Shown: positions 58,524 through 64,000 of the stretch, piece by piece
How positions within the stretch are numbered: the stretch's first letter is position 1
How the letters are laid out: every line of letters begins with the position of its first letter
Source: an uncultured Acidobacteriota bacterium
GTDB taxonomy: Bacteria; Acidobacteriota; Vicinamibacteria; Vicinamibacterales; CAVVIG01
NCBI GenBank assembly: GCA_963696165.1
Contig: CAVOIY010000005.1
Coordinates: 407,780-471,779 of the forward strand
DNA length: 64,000 bases
Direction of reading: 5' to 3'
Translations under genes and position numbers: made by a program
Notes under the pieces: generated by a model
What the model was told of the DNA's origin: nothing
Databases searched by the model: none
What the model saw: only the letters and a program-made list of their open reading frames with translations

Positions 58524-58733
58524 TCAATGGGGATTTATCGCGCCTTTGATTGTCTTGGCGCGCGAGTCACGGAGCTCTTCCCGGATCCTGCGAGCACGCT
58601 GGGCGCGCTCACGATCCTGTTGATCCTGGCCTGATTCAGGCGCGTCGCGCGTGGGTCCGGACGACGGATCCTTTTTCCGCGCGGACGATTTGGCCTGCCC
58701 TCGTCGCATGCGGTAGACCTCTCTCAAGTTCAT
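58524..58733 (-). CDS. possible small basic hypothetical protein (weak call)
   Basis: 69-aa ORF MNLREVYRMRRGQAKSSARKKDPSSG...; no Shine-Dalgarno sequence, low complexity. Confidence 0.25.
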   Translation of the reverse strand: MNLREVYRMRRGQAKSSARKKDPSSGPTRDAPESGQDQQDRERAQRARRIREELRDSRAKTIKGAINPH

Positions 58734-58751
58734 TACAAACTGCGCGCCACG

Positions 58752-59235
58752 CTAGCCGCCAGGGCTGCGGGGTTTTCGAGTCGACGGCGAAGGCCGATCT
58801 TCGGCACTGTGGCGCTCGCGGGTACCCACCCTGATGCCGCCGCTCATCCGCTCGGCGTAGTCTTCGTCGGATTTACGGTGATTGACGAGCACTCTTTCGT
58901 CGCGTTGCCGGCGCTCGCTCCCATGGCGCGGCGCGAGAAGACGTCTCATAAAGACGGCTGGCTGAGAAACGCCCGCTTGAGCGTGCGGATCCCGGTGCGC
59001 TTCAACGCCTCGACGAACTCGGCGTCGTTCGCAAGCCGCTCGGGCGTCGTCAAGACCAACTCCGCGCCATTGCGAGCGAGCGCCGCAGCCAGTCGATAGC
59101 ACAGCGATTGTCCCGCGCCCGTCGAGATCAGCCCGAGCGTATCGCGGCCGCTGAGCACGGAGCGCAAAACCGTCACGCGAGATGAGGTGGCAACACTGAT
59201 GCCGCCCGTGAGATGGACGCCAAATTTGCGGGAAC
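58752..59235 (-). pseudogene. decayed, internally deleted RecQ-like helicase remnant
   Basis: RKFGVHLTGGISVATSSRVTVLRSVLSGRDTLGLISTGAGQSLCY (motifs 0/I, Walker Lys replaced by Gln) runs almost directly into ELVLTTPERLANDAEFVEAL. In another frame, VLVNHRKSDEDYAERMSGGIRVG is motif VI-like. No DEAH box and no long ORF. Confidence 0.4.
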
Positions 59236-59640
59236 ACGGTGGGGGACGGGCACGGAGCGCTCGTCCGTCGCAACCGGACCGACGGATGCGAACACAAGCG
59301 ACGACGAGGCGCACGTATTCAAACAGGAGCAGAACGGCACGGAGGCGTGCGCCGAGCGAACGAGAGTCGCGCGACACACTATAGGAGTTTGGTCGGCAAC
59401 GGCTCGAGCGGCCGCTGCCTCTAAACCGCCGCGCTGTTCCCGTCCGTCGTCGCAACAACGTCGAGTGTCCCGCGTGTCTTGGTCCGGGCGCGGCCTCGCG
59501 CGCTGGCCGCGCACAGGAACAGCCGATCGCCAACGATTTGTTCGCCCCTCTCAGCGTGCTTTGCGTCCTCTGCGGTTAATGTGATCGGAGACTCTTAGAT
59601 TCGTCGGGCCTCGGCATTTTCGTTGCAGAGGCCGCAGGCC

Positions 59641-60150
59641 ATGACCCAGCGCGGCGTCCGCTCGTCGATGATCGGGGCCGCGCCGATTCTGCTCAGCCTT
59701 ACTCTCGCCGCAGGGTGCGCGCATCGGCCCGCCACGACGACTCTTCGCGTGCCGCCTCCGCCCAGTCCGAAATCCGAGGCGGCGGATTCGCAAGATGCGG
59801 CCCGACGTGCCGATCGAAAAGTCCGCGACGTCCTCAAAGAGCTCGAGAAGAACCGGCGCCACGCGGACCGGGGCGAGGAGTCCGATCGTCCGGTCGGGGA
59901 GGTGGGCACGACGGTCGACTCGACTGTCAGCACGACCGGCACCCTTCCGCGGCCAGCTGGTTGGAGCAGCGTCGTCTCCACGCCGCTGCCTGGCGCGAGG
60001 AGCAGCGGCGCGGCGGCGCCTGCCGCAGGGTCCAGTGCGCGAACCGGCACCGACCAGTCCGCGCACCGCCATGTCGCCGCCGCGATCGCCTTTGCGATCG
60101 GTCTTGCCATCGCGATCGTCGTGCTCCCGCGATGGATCGGCGCGCGCTGA
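59641..60150 (+). CDS. hypothetical lipoprotein with C-terminal hydrophobic helix
   Basis: MTQRGVRSSMIGAAPILLSLTLAAGC lipobox. C-terminal VAAAIAFAIGLAIAIVVL. Confidence 0.5.
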   Translation: MTQRGVRSSMIGAAPILLSLTLAAGCAHRPATTTLRVPPPPSPKSEAADSQDAARRADRKVRDVLKELEKNRRHADRGEESDRPVGEVGTTVDSTVSTTGTLPRPAGWSSVVSTPLPGARSSGAAAPAAGSSARTGTDQSAHRHVAAAIAFAIGLAIAIVVLPRWIGAR

Positions 60151-60154
60151 GCGC

Positions 60155-61543
60155 CTATTTGCTGTCGGACACGTAGCTCGCCAGGATGCTGCCGTCGCTC
60201 TGAGTGGTGCCGGCGACGCCCAACATATCCCCGGATGTAATGCCGCTGCACGACGTGCCACCAAAGATCGTGGACGCGTTCGTGTGCACCTGCTTGCCGC
60301 CGACGGTGAGAACAAGCGACGGACACGTCCCGCTGAGGCTTGTGATCAGCGCGTTGAACGTCAACGTCGCGGTCGGCGAAGCCGACGTGATTGACGTCGC
60401 GAGCACGCTGCCGTCGCTTTGCCTGGTGCCCGATCCGCCAAGGATGTCCCCGGCCGCAATGGTGCTGCAGGGTTTTCCCCCGAAGCTCGTCGAACCGTTC
60501 GTGGCGACGAGGGTTCCGCTTACGGTGAGCTTGAGAGACGGGCAGACGCCGCTGACGCTCGCAACCGCGCCGCTGAAGCTGACGGTCGCCGGAGGCGTTG
60601 GCGCCGGCTGCGGCACTGATACCGACACGTAGCTCGCGAGAACGCTTCCATCGCTTTGCTTCGTGCCTGCCACACCGACCGACCCGCTGTTTCGAATGTC
60701 CGCACACGAGGCCCCGCCGAACGTGGTCGAACTCGTCGTGTGAACAGTTGTGTCCTTTGCGGTGAACGCAAGTGATGGGCACGTGCCGCTGAGCGAACTG
60801 ACCGTGCCTGAGAACGTGACGGTAGCGGGTGGCGGTGTGGGCGTTGGCGGCGGCGCGACCACGTTCTGCGCGACGATTTCCGACGCGCGGATCATCGAGC
60901 CGTCCTTGACGCCGGTCACATGCACGCGATCCGTCGTTTTCAGATCCGAGAGAGCGATCGGCGTGCCGCCGCGAGTCAGCGCCGCGCTGGTCGGCACCTC
61001 GATGCTGATGCCGCTGACCTTGACCATGCGGCCATTCAGATCGATCGCTTCGATGTAGCCTTCGAGGCTCGCCGTGCTGTCGGGCGAGGTCGTCTGCTGC
61101 GTGTTGAGCGTTGCCGTGTTGCCGGTGATCGTGACGTTGATTTGCACGTAGTCGCTGGACCCGACGGCGCCGATCGGCAGCGTCGCGTCGACACCAGGAC
61201 CAGAGAACGTGAGCACGATTTGAATTGGCGGTACGCCGGTGAGCGTAAAGCTGCCGCTCGCATCGGCGGTCGTCGAGATCGTCGTGCCGGCGATCGTGAC
61301 GGTAACGCCCGCCGCGCTGCTCGCCCCCACTTTCGACATGCGGATGGCCGACTGGCTGGAGGCGGCGACTCCGGAAATCGTGCCGAGAATCGTCGTGCCG
61401 CTGGACGAGGGAATGGTTGTCGCGGCCGCTGCCGTACTCGGAGCGGTTGGCGACGCCGAATGACTGCACGCGATCAGCATGCTGACCGCACCGAGGATGA
61501 TCGAAGTCGACACGAAACGGACGGATCGAATCGGCGAAAACAT
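60155..61543 (-). CDS. lipoprotein with CarboxypepD_reg-like domain and DUF5666-like repeats (three two-Cys tandem repeats), intact
   Basis: Lipobox SMLIACS. GVTVTIAGTTISTTADASGSFTLTGVP. Three repeats of the form F-SG-V-S-SG-CPSL-T-...-T-FGG-SC-I-G-...-G-QSDGS-LA. Confidence 0.75.
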   Translation of the reverse strand: MFSPIRSVRFVSTSIILGAVSMLIACSHSASPTAPSTAAAATTIPSSSGTTILGTISGVAASSQSAIRMSKVGASSAAGVTVTIAGTTISTTADASGSFTLTGVPPIQIVLTFSGPGVDATLPIGAVGSSDYVQINVTITGNTATLNTQQTTSPDSTASLEGYIEAIDLNGRMVKVSGISIEVPTSAALTRGGTPIALSDLKTTDRVHVTGVKDGSMIRASEIVAQNVVAPPPTPTPPPATVTFSGTVSSLSGTCPSLAFTAKDTTVHTTSSTTFGGASCADIRNSGSVGVAGTKQSDGSVLASYVSVSVPQPAPTPPATVSFSGAVASVSGVCPSLKLTVSGTLVATNGSTSFGGKPCSTIAAGDILGGSGTRQSDGSVLATSITSASPTATLTFNALITSLSGTCPSLVLTVGGKQVHTNASTIFGGTSCSGITSGDMLGVAGTTQSDGSILASYVSDSK

Positions 61544-61766
61544 GAGTGCCTCACTGCATGGGGAGCAGTTCTGGGTAACTCAGCAACCGATGTACCGCTG
61601 AGCTCGGCATCGGTTCGCGCCAGTCGAATCAACGACTTCGGATGAATGCCGGAACTGTTAGTGGGAGTTTGTGGTCTTTAAGAGAACACGATATGCCACT
61701 ACTGGATGGTGGGACCCGCACGCTGCCATCATCTGGAAACGGCAGTAGACTCCGTCGGGGATATTC

Positions 61767-63071
61767 ATGGGTCAGCGTCTTCGCCTCATTACGGCGGTGC
61801 TCGGCTTTTCGCTCGCATTGTCTGCATCGTCTTCGGCGCAAACGATCATCGTCAAGGCCGCCCGGCTGATCGACGGTCGTGGCGGGGCTCCGCTCGAGCC
61901 GGCGATGGTGCGGATTGTGGGCGATCATGTCGAGCAGGTTGCTGCCACGCTCCCGGTGCCGGCCGGCGCCAGGCTGATCGATCTCGGCTCCGCCACACTG
62001 CTGCCCGGGCTCATCGATCTCCACACGCATCTCACGGATCGAGACGACGTCCATTGGGAAACAGCACTGACGACGACAACGCCGCCCGAAGCGGCGCTCT
62101 GGGGCGCGAGAAATGCCCGCGTCACTCTGATGGCGGGCGTCACGACCTCCCGGGACATGGGGCCGACGTGGCCGTATGTGGACGTCGAACTGCGAAAAGC
62201 TATCGAGGCTGGCGCGGTGCCCGGTCCGCGCATCCTCGTGGCTGGAAACTACGTGTCGTCCACGGGCGGCGCCGGCGATGCGCGCCAGTTCTCGATCTAT
62301 CTAGATGTGCCGTTCGTTCGGAACCTCGCCGACGGTCCCGAGGAGATTGTCAAAGCGGTGCGGACCAACTTCAAGTACGGCGCCGACTTCATCAAGATCC
62401 TCGTCACCGGAGCCGTGCTGTCGAAAGGCATTACCCCTGGCGCGCAGCAGTACTCGGACGCCGAGATTCAGGCGGCCGTGACCGAGGCGACACGATGGGG
62501 CCGCCCCGTCGCTGCCCATGCGCACGGCGCCGACGGCATCAAGGCCGCGATCCGCGCCGGTGTGCGCACGGTCGATCACGGATCGTACCTCGATGATGAA
62601 GCCGTGGCGATGCTGAAGCAGAGCCGCAAGACGTTCTACGTGCCGACGCTGGCGCTCGGCGCCTATATAGAGGAATCGGATCACGTTCCTGAATCGGAGA
62701 AGGCGCGCGGCCGGATCGTCAACGAGATCGCGGTCCGCGGCTTCAAACGCGCACTCGCCGCGAACCTTCCAATCGGCCTGGCCACCGACGCGCCCGTAAT
62801 GCCTCACGGTCTCAACGCGCGCGAGATCGAATATCGCGTGTCGCTCGGCGAGCCTGCGATGCACGCCATCGTTGCGGCGACGTCTCTGAATGCCGAGATT
62901 CTGAACATGCAGGACAAGATCGGCTCGGTCACCGCAGGGAAGCTCGCGGATCTGATCGCCGTCTCCGCCAACCCCTTGACGACGATCGGCACGCTCCGCG
63001 ACGTCCACTTCGTCATGAAAGCCGGCGTCGTCTACAAAGACGAGCTGTCGATCAGGCCCAAGACGCAGTAG
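61767..63071 (+). CDS. secreted metal-dependent amidohydrolase (Xaa-Pro dipeptidase/imidazolonepropionase-like fold), intact
   Basis: Signal MGQRLRLITAVLGFSLALSASSSAQ. LLPGLIDLHTHL, ADFIKILVTG, VAAHAHGADGIKAAIRAGVRTVDHG, GSVTAGKLADLIAV. Confidence 0.85.
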   Translation: MGQRLRLITAVLGFSLALSASSSAQTIIVKAARLIDGRGGAPLEPAMVRIVGDHVEQVAATLPVPAGARLIDLGSATLLPGLIDLHTHLTDRDDVHWETALTTTTPPEAALWGARNARVTLMAGVTTSRDMGPTWPYVDVELRKAIEAGAVPGPRILVAGNYVSSTGGAGDARQFSIYLDVPFVRNLADGPEEIVKAVRTNFKYGADFIKILVTGAVLSKGITPGAQQYSDAEIQAAVTEATRWGRPVAAHAHGADGIKAAIRAGVRTVDHGSYLDDEAVAMLKQSRKTFYVPTLALGAYIEESDHVPESEKARGRIVNEIAVRGFKRALAANLPIGLATDAPVMPHGLNAREIEYRVSLGEPAMHAIVAATSLNAEILNMQDKIGSVTAGKLADLIAVSANPLTTIGTLRDVHFVMKAGVVYKDELSIRPKTQ

Positions 63072-63079
63072 CGCGGTTG

Positions 63080-63871
63080 CTACTTTTTCGGCGTACGGCT
63101 CTCACGCAGGTAATGCGGGCTGTACTCGACACCGTAAGGCGTAGCCACCTTGAACGCCGCCTTTTCCCTCGAGAACTTCTCTGCGGCTTGATTGATCGCC
63201 TCGAGCTCGTCCTTCGTGCAGTCGCGCATCGTAATCTCTTCTCGAGGGACGAAGAACACCTGACCGATCGGCATACTGTGCATCGCCGAGATGCCCTCGC
63301 CGGGCTGAAGCACGTAGCGGAACTCGGTCTCGTGCGCGTACCAGTCGGTTTCAACGCGAACGACGAGCATTGGCGCCATTGGCCGCTCGATCATGTTGAA
63401 CACAGGCGCGTACACCGTGTCCCAGCCGGGAGGGGTCTGAAAGTTCGTCGATCCGCGGACGGAAAGGGCGCCGGGCGGCGTGCCGAGATCCTCGGGAACG
63501 ATGAACGCCGTTGCGACGCGCATGGCTTCCTCGGGCGAAATCGGCGGATTTGGCGTCATGAACGCGACGTCCTGTTTGATCATGCCCATGCTGCCGATCG
63601 GCAGTATCACCGTGAGCGAGAAAAGCGGCTCCCACTTTCCGGTCGGGCCATGCAGGAAATACGAGAACAGGTAGCGGCCGTCGCCTTGAAATTCGAGGTG
63701 AAACGACTCGTGCGGCTCGAGCGCCGGGTACACGAGAAAGCCGAGCGCGCTGCCGGCTTCGAGCACCGGACAATGCCGCGCGTGCTGCGGAAGGAGGGGC
63801 CGCTGGCTCTCGCGGCGCGGTTTCAAGCCCACGCCCGGGCGCCTCGTGTTCGGGTAGAGCCGCACTTCCAT
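63080..63871 (-). CDS. hypothetical protein, intact, family not recognised
   Basis: 263-aa ORF with coding-like composition: ...HCPVLEAGSALGFLVYPALEPHESFHLEF...FQTPPGWDTVYAPVFNMIERP... Confidence 0.5.
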   Translation of the reverse strand: MEVRLYPNTRRPGVGLKPRRESQRPLLPQHARHCPVLEAGSALGFLVYPALEPHESFHLEFQGDGRYLFSYFLHGPTGKWEPLFSLTVILPIGSMGMIKQDVAFMTPNPPISPEEAMRVATAFIVPEDLGTPPGALSVRGSTNFQTPPGWDTVYAPVFNMIERPMAPMLVVRVETDWYAHETEFRYVLQPGEGISAMHSMPIGQVFFVPREEITMRDCTKDELEAINQAAEKFSREKAAFKVATPYGVEYSPHYLRESRTPKK

Positions 63872-63904
63872 GCGCGTATGTTAGGCCAAGATTCTGGTGC
63901 GTGC

Positions 63905-63985
63905 CGCTCGGCTGAAGCCTCGCGCTACGTGCCGCGCGCTACGTTGCGGTCGCCTGCCTGGCGCTCGGCTGAACCCTCGCGCTGC
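63905..63985 (-). repeat. two partial copies of the GAGGC-stem REP variant, opposite orientation, at the window end
   Basis: CGCTCGGCTGAAGCCTCGCGCTAC and CGCTCGGCTGAACCCTCGCGCTGC, with GCGCTACGT duplicated between them. Confidence 0.7.
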
Positions 63986-64000
63986 GTTGTCGTTCGGCCG

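Noticed and set aside
59534-59584. GCC AAC GAT ... TAA reads as an A-N-D-initiated short peptide, like a tmRNA tag.
   Set aside because: The peptide ends ...VLCVLCG rather than in a hydrophobic Ala-rich tail. No tRNA-like domain or pseudoknots flank it.
59595-61469. A 624-aa minus-strand ORF overlaps the DUF5666 gene and the lipoprotein gene.
   Set aside because: It is an alternative frame of a repeat-rich region. The product is Arg/His/Asp-rich without motifs, whereas the 60155-61543 frame gives a coherent lipoprotein with structured repeats.

Overview
High-GC bacterial chromosomal segment, about 60 genes. It is probably Acidobacteriota: it has an acidobacterial-type VWFA protein and a CarboxypepD_reg-fronted TonB-dependent receptor (inference only). 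Order of content: (1) a housekeeping block of glyS, ppdK, mutL, rarA, a TrmH-family methyltransferase, greA, a Cys/Met PLP enzyme, a DHH phosphoesterase and uvrB. (2) mlaE-mlaF-mlaD followed by YtxH and DUF948-like genes. (3) A small stress module of pirin, DoxX and HxlR. (4) A roughly 21.6-kb bidirectional glycan-utilisation locus (29779-51403). Its minus arm is galM, three GH127/DUF1680 paralogues and GH31. Its plus arm is a GntR regulator, SDR, an unknown protein, an enolase-type dehydratase, an SMP-30 lactonase, a sugar ABC transporter and a TonB-dependent receptor. (5) An MFS / amidohydrolase / M24 peptidase operon. (6) A lower-GC tail with a cNMP-binding TrxR-like enzyme, a stand-alone zf-UBP protein, an Asp-less receiver, a decayed RecQ-like remnant, lipoproteins (one with DUF5666 repeats) and a second amidohydrolase. 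No rRNA, tRNA, CRISPR array, transposase, integrase or recognisable defence system was seen. Two window-wide signals stand out. First, a dense family of GTAG-headed REP/REPIN-like hairpins has several copies sitting in frame inside genes (mutL, a GH127 paralogue, an amidase, GH31, the glyS tail). Second, locus-specific heptamer arrays and hairpins occupy intercistronic spacers. Many genes, especially in the first 25 kb and at 29-36 kb, are broken by frameshifts that look like sequencing or assembly indels, so many CDS ends are approximate. Everything here comes from reading the sequence and ORF track by eye; no searches were run.
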